DNA of 64,000 nt from a virus (taxonomy: Duplodnaviria > Caudoviricetes), in the IMG/VR virus record IMGVR_UViG_3300009037_000004, positions 1 through 64,000 of that record, one strand, 5' to 3'. Positions 46,912-54,804 of the stretch are shown here, in pieces. Under the pieces are notes generated by a model. It had not been told where the DNA came from. It saw only the letters and a list, made by a program, of their open reading frames with translations, and made no database searches. The number at the start of each line of letters is the position of its first letter. Positions within the stretch are counted from its first letter, which is position 1. The position numbers and the translations under genes are program-made.

Positions 46912-47137
46912 GATCATCGAGGGAAAAGTCGATCCCGGTGACTGTCCAGCAGACCCCGTGGATGACGAGAGGAACGCGATGATGTTGATGAAGGAGACCT
47001 GGAAGGATGTCTACCATCAGCTCAAGTGTGCAGACCAGTTCTATGCTTGCTGGGATTGTCCACCCGCTAGAGCCAGGGCTTGCGCGGTGGACGAGTGCGA
47101 GAAAGACCTCCTGGAGAAGGTGAAGGACGGGGGATGA
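46802..47137 (+). CDS. Rho-N/HeH-like plus Cys-rich protein
   Basis: AAGGAGG RBS; NLNETELVELAR..G..RELLI, then C..CWDCP..C. Confidence 0.55.
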   Translation: MIEYDYNNLNETELVELARHHGCWVGHRGLGRELLIKIIEGKVDPGDCPADPVDDERNAMMLMKETWKDVYHQLKCADQFYACWDCPPARARACAVDECEKDLLEKVKDGG

Positions 47138-47364
47138 GGAAAAGCTGCGTGACCTGCAAGCATCTTTCGAGCTGTGAGGAGGTGTCGGCACCCAGGCTAA
47201 ACGAGGGGTATTCCTGCTCTGTTTGGACTCTGGCTGAAGAAGAGGAACGAAAGGCACGAGACTCGATCATTAGGGAGTTTGGACCATCGGCGCTGCGGTT
47301 CGCACTTCCACAATCCCAAGTCAGCGCCAACGCAAGAGCACGGAGACGAAGGAAACATGTCTGA
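47134..47364 (+). CDS. Small Cys-rich protein
   Basis: ATGA coupling; CVTCKHLSSC...C. Confidence 0.55.
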   Translation: MRKSCVTCKHLSSCEEVSAPRLNEGYSCSVWTLAEEEERKARDSIIREFGPSALRFALPQSQVSANARARRRRKHV

Positions 47365-47923
47365 GAAACTCACGAAGGAAGACCTGGATGGTATGAGCCG
47401 AGTCCAACTCCGCCGCGCGGCCATGGAAGTGTTGGGCATGGGCAACAAGGAAGCGACCGAGATGAACAGCGCGGACCTCAAGGCCAAGATCCTGGAGGCC
47501 CAGGAAGGCGGGGGAAAGAAGAAGGGTAAGGCCGCGCCGCCCCCGGAGGAGCCGAAGAAGGGCAGGGGCAAGCCCGCCCCGGAACCCGAGCCGGAAGAAG
47601 AACCCGAGCCGGAGCCCGAAGAGGAGGCTCCGCCCCCGAAGGGCAAGGTCGCTGCGTCGTCCGAAACCAGGACGCTGACTGAGATCTTGAAGGTCGTCCA
47701 TGCGGTCGGGAAGGCCGTGGACGAGCTCGCCCAGACCGTGGCGGAACGCCTGGACACGCAGGACGAGCACCTGGTCGAGATCGAGCGGAAACTCTTCCAC
47801 CAGCTCGGACTCACCGAGAACATCTTCAAGGGTGTGAGCGAGCCGGACGAGTTCGAGCCCAGGATCGAGGCGCTGGAGGACGAGTGGAAGAAGCAGGCGG
47901 AGGGCGAGGAGGGAAACGACTAG
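47357..47923 (+). CDS. Rho-N/HeH-like, PE-linker, coiled-coil protein ending at a slippery site
   Basis: AAGGA RBS; LDGMSRVQLRRAA...SADLKAKIL, PEPEPEEEPEPEPEEE; ends GAG GGA AAC GAC TAG. Confidence 0.7.
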   Translation: MSEKLTKEDLDGMSRVQLRRAAMEVLGMGNKEATEMNSADLKAKILEAQEGGGKKKGKAAPPPEEPKKGRGKPAPEPEPEEEPEPEPEEEAPPPKGKVAASSETRTLTEILKVVHAVGKAVDELAQTVAERLDTQDEHLVEIERKLFHQLGLTENIFKGVSEPDEFEPRIEALEDEWKKQAEGEEGND

Positions 47924-48114
47924 CAGGGGGCTCTACCCTGGGTCCCCGCCCAGCTCGTCCGGATGAGACCGTGAACGTGACCGAAGCCTACCTGGCCGAC
48001 CTGACCTTGGACAGCCTCCGGCTGCTAGCTGTCCAGCTCGTTGTGGACATCGACCCGGCCGCCATCGAGGATCGCGAGGAGCTACTCCAGCTCCTCCGAT
48101 CCAACTCCCTCTAG
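47911..48114 (+). other. Putative -1 programmed frameshift (G GGA AAC plus hairpin) and -1 frame extension
   Basis: In-phase X XXY YYZ heptamer, a stem-loop at 47923-47949, and a -1 frame open to 48114. Confidence 0.65.
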
Positions 48115-48134
48115 CCCCTTCGGGGGCTTTTCTT
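48113..48134 (+). terminator. Intrinsic terminator ending the replication block
   Basis: AGCCCC-TTCG-GGGGCT followed by TTTCTT. Confidence 0.85.
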
Positions 48135-48140
48135 AACCTG

Positions 48141-48169
48141 CAAACGGATCATCCATGCCGGTATAAGAA
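48141..48169 (+). promoter_or_regulatory. Putative phage-RNAP promoter, CAAACGGATCATC-N6-GGTATAAGAA
   Basis: Lies directly after a terminator and matches the copy at 23249-23278. Confidence 0.6.
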
Positions 48170-48280
48170 ACGTAGAGGAAAGAACGCAAGTTCCCCCTCC
48201 TTGAGCTACCCCGATAAGTAGGGGATTGCTGGTGCCAAGCCAGTGATGGCTCGCAGGGCCCCTGCCTGCGGAGGTCACCG

Positions 48281-48586
48281 ATGCTCAAGATCGATCTCTC
48301 GGTGACCCCGAGCAACCCGCTGTACGCGGGCCTTGGGGTCACGGAGGTCGGTGGGCGGGCGAACCTCCCCAACGCGACCAGTGCCGAGGTGATCAACACC
48401 ATTGGCAAGGTCGTGAAGGGGATGGTTGACGCACTGCCCGTGGGCGAGCGTGACGAGGTGGTTCTGACCGGGCCCGCGCCGGTCCAGATCTACCTCGTTG
48501 CGTTTCACGGGGTGGTCCACTGCTTCCGGTCCGTCCGCTACCAGGATGGCCGGGGTGGTGACTGCCTCGTGTCGCAACACGGGTAG
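48281..48586 (+). CDS. Csx3/Crn3-like putative cyclic-oligoadenylate ring nuclease
   Basis: GGAGG RBS; EVVLTGPAPVQIYLVAFHGVVH...YQDGRGG..LVSQH resembles the Csx3 pattern VV.SG..P.W...AH...H....YDPR.G.VVV.SH; 101 aa. Confidence 0.6.
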   Translation: MLKIDLSVTPSNPLYAGLGVTEVGGRANLPNATSAEVINTIGKVVKGMVDALPVGERDEVVLTGPAPVQIYLVAFHGVVHCFRSVRYQDGRGGDCLVSQHG

Positions 48587-48604
48587 CGCCTCCCACCGAC
48601 CTCG

Positions 48605-48636
48605 ACCCAGGCGGCTTGCGACGCCTGGGTTTCTTT
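48605..48636 (+). terminator. Intrinsic terminator
   Basis: ACCCAGGCG/CGCCTGGGT stem followed by TTCTTT. Confidence 0.8.
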
Positions 48637-48645
48637 AGCTAGTAA

Positions 48646-49161
48646 TCACTTGGCGACGTAGGCTACGGCCACGACTGCGACCGTGGTAACAACCACCCCC
48701 ACGACCGCCCCGAAGGTCCAGGAGCGGTACCACGCCCGCTCCTTTGACAGCTCAGTCTGAAGCTGGGTGACCTGCTTCTTGTACGACTCCCGCTGGCTGG
48801 TCCGGAGATCGAGGTCGGCCCGCAAGGACTGGGTGGTGAACTTCACCTCACTCGCCAGCTTCTCCCCGGCCGAGGTCGTCTCCATCCACCGGATGCGCCG
48901 AAGGGCGGTGATGCGAAGGCCGAGCTCCAAGACCCGGTCCTTGTCCAGCAGGATGCCCTCCCAGGGGGCTGGGACACCCAGCTTGAGGGCTACTGAGTCC
49001 TTGGGGTTCAGCCTGGGTACCAGGGCATCCTCCCCAGGCCCCGGACAGGCGTAGGAGGGCTCCTTCTTGGGGTCGGAGTAGTCTTGGGCCAGGCACTGGG
49101 GATTCTGCGCTCTGAGAGGCGCTGGGAGCGCCAGGAGGGCAACTACGAGCAACCACCTCAT
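48646..49161 (-). CDS. Exported protein with coiled coil and C-terminal TM (spanin-like lysis candidate)
   Basis: Signal peptide, coiled coil and hydrophobic C-terminus. Confidence 0.5.
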   Translation of the reverse strand: MRWLLVVALLALPAPLRAQNPQCLAQDYSDPKKEPSYACPGPGEDALVPRLNPKDSVALKLGVPAPWEGILLDKDRVLELGLRITALRRIRWMETTSAGEKLASEVKFTTQSLRADLDLRTSQRESYKKQVTQLQTELSKERAWYRSWTFGAVVGVVVTTVAVVAVAYVAK

Positions 49162-49904
49162 CGGTTCCTCCCCGCCGGGTAGCGACCGGGTAACGACCGG
49201 ATAGCCTCCGACGTCTTATCAAGGAGTTGCAGCTCGTCCAGAAAGGACCGGTAGGAGACCTGGGAGAGCTTCTTGATGGGGCCCCGCTCCTGAGCCAGGG
49301 TCTTCAGCCTCTGGTCGGGCGGCTGGGGGAAGGGAGCAGGAGGGTCAGTTCCCCGCTGGGCGTCGTCCAGGTTCTCCTCCTGGTCCAGCCCGGCCGACCT
49401 CTTGAGCTTGCCCGGCATCTGCCAGGAGACATGAACTCCCCCCGTCCCGGCATTCGGACCGAGATCTGCGTACTCGAATTCCCCCTGAGCTGTCTTCTCA
49501 CGAGGCACGACGTGACCTGTCTTGTGGATCGCACGTAGATTCGGCATGATCCGTGTTCCATCTCCGCCAAAAGCGGAATCATCGAAGTCGCTGACCTTGT
49601 CCTTGCTGACCTTCGGCTCACCCTGCTTCCAAGGGCTGTCGCCTACCGCGTCCCAGTCTTCTGGTCCAGCCGAGTTAGGGAAGTCGGCTCCCTTGATCTT
49701 CCCCGGTCCCTTCTGAAGGATGCGATCCCAATCCTGCATGGAGACGCCTGGGGGTGGACCTGGCTCCGCTTTCTTGATCTTCCCCTTCTTCGGGGCGTGC
49801 TCTGGGAGCGCCTCTTCCGAAGGAGTCTCTCTCTCCCACCTCTTCGCGAGCTCAGGTTTCTGGGAGCGCATCCAGGCTCTCTGGGCCTTTGACTTGAACG
49901 GCAT
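49158..49904 (-). CDS. Putative virion protein (MPFKSKAQ N-terminus, K-x-A motifs)
   Basis: Motifs KKAE, KGAD, KTGH, KTAQ and KLSQ; C-terminal SFLDELQLLDKTS. Confidence 0.6.
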   Translation of the reverse strand: MPFKSKAQRAWMRSQKPELAKRWERETPSEEALPEHAPKKGKIKKAEPGPPPGVSMQDWDRILQKGPGKIKGADFPNSAGPEDWDAVGDSPWKQGEPKVSKDKVSDFDDSAFGGDGTRIMPNLRAIHKTGHVVPREKTAQGEFEYADLGPNAGTGGVHVSWQMPGKLKRSAGLDQEENLDDAQRGTDPPAPFPQPPDQRLKTLAQERGPIKKLSQVSYRSFLDELQLLDKTSEAIRSLPGRYPAGRNR

Positions 49905-49905
49905 G

Positions 49906-50115
49906 CTACTCGTCCTTCCAGATGATCTTCGTCTGCCCGTTGTGGCAGTGCACCTTCTCCAGATGATCCATGCTGCTGTAGAAGACCACGCTAGGAGTGG
50001 AGGAGGTCCAACGAAGAGCTACCGTCCCGTCAGTGAAGACACAGCCCTCGGCTACGATCCCCACACCTGAGACTCCTGAAACATCCGAGAGGCGGTGCAG
50101 GTGGAAGCGTCGCAT
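49906..50115 (-). CDS. Small phage hypothetical protein
   Basis: DVSGVSG.G.VAEG..F.DG.VALRW...H.H.G.T pattern, recalled from small phage proteins. Confidence 0.6.
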   Translation of the reverse strand: MRRFHLHRLSDVSGVSGVGIVAEGCVFTDGTVALRWTSSTPSVVFYSSMDHLEKVHCHNGQTKIIWKDE

Positions 50116-50146
50116 CAGGCACGGTCAGAGATCGCCATCGGATCGG

Positions 50147-50473
50147 TCAGAGTGAATCGATCCATTTCGCCACCTCATCAAGAGGCTTGTCCTTGAGTCC
50201 GTTGAACTGATCCACCTGGTCCTTGGAGGCTTTCTGGAGTCTCTCCCCAGCCTTCTTCACCAGATCGTCCAGCCGGGCCTTGAACTGAGCCATGGCCTCG
50301 TCCTTCGCCTTCATGGCACCGTCCGCGGCCGCATCGGTCGTCCCGCTGGGTAGGAAGGGCTTCTTGCCACCGAAGAAGAGCCACACCAGGATGAGAGAGA
50401 CGATCCAGAGTGGGGCGATCAACCACTTCCAGTTCTTCTTCAGCCACTCCCAAATCTTCTTCAGCGTGCTCAT
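50147..50473 (-). CDS. Membrane-anchored coiled-coil protein (i-spanin-like)
   Basis: Start MSTLKKIWEW; N-terminal TM followed by a helical domain. Confidence 0.55.
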   Translation of the reverse strand: MSTLKKIWEWLKKNWKWLIAPLWIVSLILVWLFFGGKKPFLPSGTTDAAADGAMKAKDEAMAQFKARLDDLVKKAGERLQKASKDQVDQFNGLKDKPLDEVAKWIDSL

Positions 50474-50811
50474 CCGTGACCGCCTAGATGGTTTCGGCCA
50501 ACCCACTTTCCCACGATGGGAGCCGCCAGGAGCCCTAGACCGCCTGCCTCGATGGGATCGTGCCACTTCTCTTTGATGAGACGCTTGCTCTCAATCCCTT
50601 CCTCAGTCGGCTTCCCATGGGGGTCTACTAGACCAGCTCGGCGAGCCCTCCATTTCGCGACCATATTGTCCACGCTCGGGGCAGCGAGGATACCCAGACC
50701 GCCCACCTCGATGGGGTCCTCCATCTTGTGAAGGAAGGCTCCAGCCGCGCCGAGTACACCCGAGATCTTCTCGAGCTCGTCAAACAAGCCGGAGAGAACA
50801 TGCTCATCCAT
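50470..50811 (-). CDS. Putative packaged protein with LFDELEKISG leader
   Basis: Start moved to MDEHVL (AAGGAG RBS); internal duplication DPIE.GGLG.LAAP. Confidence 0.6.
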   Translation of the reverse strand: MDEHVLSGLFDELEKISGVLGAAGAFLHKMEDPIEVGGLGILAAPSVDNMVAKWRARRAGLVDPHGKPTEEGIESKRLIKEKWHDPIEAGGLGLLAAPIVGKWVGRNHLGGHG

Positions 50812-50828
50812 GGGGAGCTCCTTCCGAA

Positions 50829-51236
50829 CTAGGCTGACGGAGGGGTTGTGTCTGTAGGAGGTGACGTCGGAGAAGCTACGAACGCATCCCCACTGAAGGT
50901 TACCCCAAATCCCTTCTCCAGAACTTTCTTCGCGAGCTGGTAGCTGAAGCCAGAGATCCATCCTGTCCATAGCCCGAACATGATCTTGACCGCGATTGTC
51001 TTGGGTAGTACCTCCGGCATGGGTAGCCCAGGAGTAAAGACCGCAAGCATCGCCAGGGCGTAGGGGTAGATAGGGAGAAGCATCTGGAACCAGCGATTCA
51101 GGGCGAACCCACCGATCACCTTCCCAGCCTTGTCCTTCTTCGTGCCCAACGCACGGATGACTCCCAAGAGAGCGAAGGAGGCGAAGGCCACCAGGAGGGC
51201 CTGCCAATTCACGAGTGCCGCCATGATCTTGTCCAT
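50829..51236 (-). CDS. Putative holin (about 3 TM)
   Basis: Three hydrophobic helices; lies right after the tailspike gene. Confidence 0.5.
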   Translation of the reverse strand: MDKIMAALVNWQALLVAFASFALLGVIRALGTKKDKAGKVIGGFALNRWFQMLLPIYPYALAMLAVFTPGLPMPEVLPKTIAVKIMFGLWTGWISGFSYQLAKKVLEKGFGVTFSGDAFVASPTSPPTDTTPPSA

Positions 51237-51245
51237 CAGCTTCTC

Positions 51246-54200
51246 CTATACACTCCGGTTGAGATCGTCGATCGGTGCGAGTGCGGTGGTGTTGTAATTC
51301 GTAGACACCGGCATGACACCAACGCCGTGGATGAAGGCGCCCGTAGATAGAACGACGTTTCCCACCGCCATGGAATAGTTGGCGCCGGCGTTGCTGAGCG
51401 TGATCTGAAGACCTGTCGGATCTCCCGCCAGGAATCCGGCGAGATTCCCCACCGCCACGCAGTTGTTCCCATCCATTCGGATAGCGCCGTAAGTTGCAGC
51501 ACCGCCCAGGTAGAAACCCGTCACGAGGTTGCCGGAGGCCATAACTTTCGAAATAGAACCCGCATAGATGCCCCAAGCAACATCCTGCGAGCCACTACCC
51601 GTCCAGTAGATCTGGTTTCCTAGAATCTGGGTGTACTCACCGCTGGCTCCCACGAAGATTCCATAGGCGCATGATCCCATCGTGGAGGAGACATCATTGT
51701 AGATCTTGTTCCCCTGGATCAAGCAGGCGGCATGGGCAGCGATGAAGTAGTTGTTGATGCCGCTGGATGCGAATTCGTAGTTGTAGCACTCCTTGAGCAC
51801 GTTATTAACGATCGACGCGCGTGCGTTTGCTCGGATGTGGTAGTAATGCTGGACCTCGAGATCCCCACACGCATCCAGGATGTTCCCATCGACCACCGAA
51901 TCATCTGCACCCGTGTTCACAAGGATAGAGTAGTGTGCTGCCGCGCCCGCTATCCTGCCGTTCACGTGAAGAGCGTTGTGATGGGCAACAGAACCTGTAC
52001 CTGACATGCTGATCCCAGCATTTGTCCCAGAAAGCTTGTTCCGGCCAACAATCGTACGCTCGCCGCTGACGTAGATTTCCCAGCCATAAGCCGAGGCGTC
52101 GTCCGTGCAGGTGTTGCCGTCGATCAAGAGATCGGCGGCAGAGGCCGTCCCCATCACGCCGTAGGTCGTGTAGTTGGTGATCGTGTTGCCGGTGACTTTA
52201 CAGTCAGCAGCGTCAATCTCCACGCCTATCCCGAAGTTCGTCCCGCCAGTCGCCCCATCGATGTAGTTATCCTTCACGTGCGAGTAGGCGGAGAGAACCT
52301 CGACTACGATGCCGGTCGCATCCGAACCACCGTCCGAGTAAAGGTGGTTGCCCTGAATGAGAGCTGCCCCAGCCGCCGCAGTCACCAAGACCGCGCGGGA
52401 ACTCGTGCCGGTGTGACCAGTGACGTTGTTCTCTCGAATCTTGGTGATCGAATCATCCGCCACCCAGATCCCGTAGAGGCCGGAGTTATTCAGGATCGAG
52501 TTCTTCTCGATCAAAGCGTACCGAGCACGCTTGACGAAGATGCCTGTTCCCGTGGCAACCAGGACGCCATCGACCGTGTTGCCGGAGATCTTAAATGAAC
52601 TACCGTCCAGCGTATTGGTGGGATCGTTGTCCACCCACACTCCGATACGGACAGTCTCGGCGTAGTTGTCCTGGAAGGCGACCATAGCCGTCTTCGGTAT
52701 CGCCACGGTCGCCTGGATGCTACAGCCCACCCCATACTGCATGTCCTTGATCTTGTTGTCTTTGACCGTAGCCGAACAGACCACCTCGATCGTATTCGTC
52801 TGGACCAGAACGCCAGATCCATCTAGGAGGCTGTTTCCCGTTCCCGTGATGTCGTTCCCGATAGCCCTACCACGATGGCCGATCCTGATGCCGCTCTTGT
52901 AGAGATTGCCCGAAGACGAAACCGTGCACTTCTCCACCAGATTCCCGTCCCCAGCAACGTCGAACGCGAATGCCGTGGAAGCAGAAGGGTAGTTGTTCTT
53001 CGCCACGCACAGGCGGAAGACGGAATCCATGAGGAAATTGTACGCAGGGAGGGTCACAAGACCCGACGCACACACAAACCTCGTGGAGACCTCAGCGTAG
53101 CACTGATCCACAACCACGCGGTAGTTGTTGGTCGTGTCCCAGAAGAACATGTTGGCGAAACTGTTGGCGGAGACGTGTGACCAGACCTGGCACCCCCGAA
53201 TCACGCTGTACGTGCCGAGGTTGTAGAACAGTGCCTTGTCCACGTCTTGCGTGGCCGCGCCATTGTCCCACTTGAAATTGATGTTGTAGACCTCCACCTT
53301 CGGGGTGGTCGTAGTCCCGTCAAAGGTATTGATGCTCGACCCATGGGACACGAGAACCGTGGGTTGTCCTTCCCCGATCAACACCAAACCGTGCGGAAGA
53401 ACCAGACTACCCGTGACCGAAGTCTGTCCTCGCACGCGGATGACAGCGGGACGATGCGCCCCAACTGTCGTCAGACGAAGGGCTGATACGAGATCAAACG
53501 CCGTGGCCAGATCGGCGAAATCGCATCCTGGGAGGAGATCACCATTCGTGTCCGCCCCCACCGCGATCTCGAGCGCATCCGCACGCTTGTTCATCACCCA
53601 GCGAGCATCGTACTTGATCGTGAAGACGCCGCCAGCGTGGCTGTAGACGGCCAAGATCGCATCGGTGGGGACAACGTCAGCGATCTGACGTTGCTGTGTC
53701 GCTCCCGCTACATCCACGACCAGCACCCTCGTCCCAGCTCCGGTTGGGGCCGTGACATTTCCTGAAGGCAGATTCCGACGATCCCCGTTGTGCATCAAGA
53801 CAGACGTTGGCCAAGCCACCGCCGCAGTGCCATCTGTGAAGGTGATCGGGGTGCCCACATCGAGGAAGCGGTTGCCCCCGATACCCACCAGGGATGCCCG
53901 ATGGCTGTTGAGCGACCCAACCAGGCTGGGCCAGATACCCTCTACGCCAGTGATCCCAGTCTCACTCAGAGAAACCGGTGAGCTAAGGAACTGGTCTTTG
54001 AGGGTCAGTGTCGTATCACCTTGGAGCTGGAGCTCTTGCTGAGAACGAACCAGCAGATCGGCTGCGGCTTCTCCCCGAGCCTCGTTGAGGTTGAGCAGCT
54101 TGTGCCCATCCCAGTCCGCATCCCCCGTCATCTTCTTGGAGCCGTCCTGTAGGAAAGCCCCCGCCTCTACTTCTCCAGCGGCCTGAACTTTGAAGCGGGT

Positions 54201-54794
54201 GAAAGCGTCCGTCGTGAGCCCCTCCAAGCTGCCCCGCTCCCCGTAGAGGATTCTGACGTCCGTGCCGAGGGGGATCGTGTAGGGGTCTGCGACAATCGCG
54301 CCGGTACTTGGGTGGACGGTACAGAAATAGACCCAGGGGTCAGTCACGAAGCCGGTTTTGTAGACGTCCGTGACTTCGGTCGTCTCTCGAACGCGCCGGA
54401 TACGGACCTCATTGTCCGAGCCATCCGTGAGCTCGTTGTACTGATCATCCAAGACCGAGAAGAGCATGAAGAGACCTTCCATATCGGAAGTCCCCGCCAC
54501 GCCCGGGTAGGTCGCATCCCCAGTAAAGACGTCGGCCGTGAAGTGGTACTTCTGCTGGCCAGTGCTGGTGAACGCGACTCCAGCAGGAAGCGACCGATCT
54601 GCGGCCATCTTCTGGTAGAGGTAGTCGATGTTCGCGGAGAGCGCCCAATGCGCCCGATTCGCAATCATCGAGGTCCCCTCTTCCCCGAACCCGATGAACT
54701 TCCCCCCAGTTGAGCCCGGAGTGAAGCCGGTGTCGTAAGAAGCGTTGTTCGCGATCTCACCAGCAGCATTGCCATGAGGGTACGGAAGCGTCAT
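51246..54794 (-). CDS. Tailspike/tail fibre with parallel beta-helix (depolymerase-like)
   Basis: Repeated I.GN.I / V..N units over the C-terminal roughly 700 aa. Confidence 0.8.
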   Translation of the reverse strand: MTLPYPHGNAAGEIANNASYDTGFTPGSTGGKFIGFGEEGTSMIANRAHWALSANIDYLYQKMAADRSLPAGVAFTSTGQQKYHFTADVFTGDATYPGVAGTSDMEGLFMLFSVLDDQYNELTDGSDNEVRIRRVRETTEVTDVYKTGFVTDPWVYFCTVHPSTGAIVADPYTIPLGTDVRILYGERGSLEGLTTDAFTRFKVQAAGEVEAGAFLQDGSKKMTGDADWDGHKLLNLNEARGEAAADLLVRSQQELQLQGDTTLTLKDQFLSSPVSLSETGITGVEGIWPSLVGSLNSHRASLVGIGGNRFLDVGTPITFTDGTAAVAWPTSVLMHNGDRRNLPSGNVTAPTGAGTRVLVVDVAGATQQRQIADVVPTDAILAVYSHAGGVFTIKYDARWVMNKRADALEIAVGADTNGDLLPGCDFADLATAFDLVSALRLTTVGAHRPAVIRVRGQTSVTGSLVLPHGLVLIGEGQPTVLVSHGSSINTFDGTTTTPKVEVYNINFKWDNGAATQDVDKALFYNLGTYSVIRGCQVWSHVSANSFANMFFWDTTNNYRVVVDQCYAEVSTRFVCASGLVTLPAYNFLMDSVFRLCVAKNNYPSASTAFAFDVAGDGNLVEKCTVSSSGNLYKSGIRIGHRGRAIGNDITGTGNSLLDGSGVLVQTNTIEVVCSATVKDNKIKDMQYGVGCSIQATVAIPKTAMVAFQDNYAETVRIGVWVDNDPTNTLDGSSFKISGNTVDGVLVATGTGIFVKRARYALIEKNSILNNSGLYGIWVADDSITKIRENNVTGHTGTSSRAVLVTAAAGAALIQGNHLYSDGGSDATGIVVEVLSAYSHVKDNYIDGATGGTNFGIGVEIDAADCKVTGNTITNYTTYGVMGTASAADLLIDGNTCTDDASAYGWEIYVSGERTIVGRNKLSGTNAGISMSGTGSVAHHNALHVNGRIAGAAAHYSILVNTGADDSVVDGNILDACGDLEVQHYYHIRANARASIVNNVLKECYNYEFASSGINNYFIAAHAACLIQGNKIYNDVSSTMGSCAYGIFVGASGEYTQILGNQIYWTGSGSQDVAWGIYAGSISKVMASGNLVTGFYLGGAATYGAIRMDGNNCVAVGNLAGFLAGDPTGLQITLSNAGANYSMAVGNVVLSTGAFIHGVGVMPVSTNYNTTALAPIDDLNRSV

Positions 54795-54804
54795 TTCATC
54801 TCCC

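Noticed and set aside
44853-48586. CRISPR-Cas locus suggested by the Cas4-like and Csx3-like genes
   Set aside because: No repeat-spacer array and no cas1, cas2 or effector genes seen. Cas4-like nucleases are common in phage recombination modules.
50470-51576. 368-aa ORF as listed in the track
   Set aside because: Its upstream two-thirds overlap the holin-like and tailspike genes. Only the part from MDEHVL (50811) has an RBS and the shared leader.
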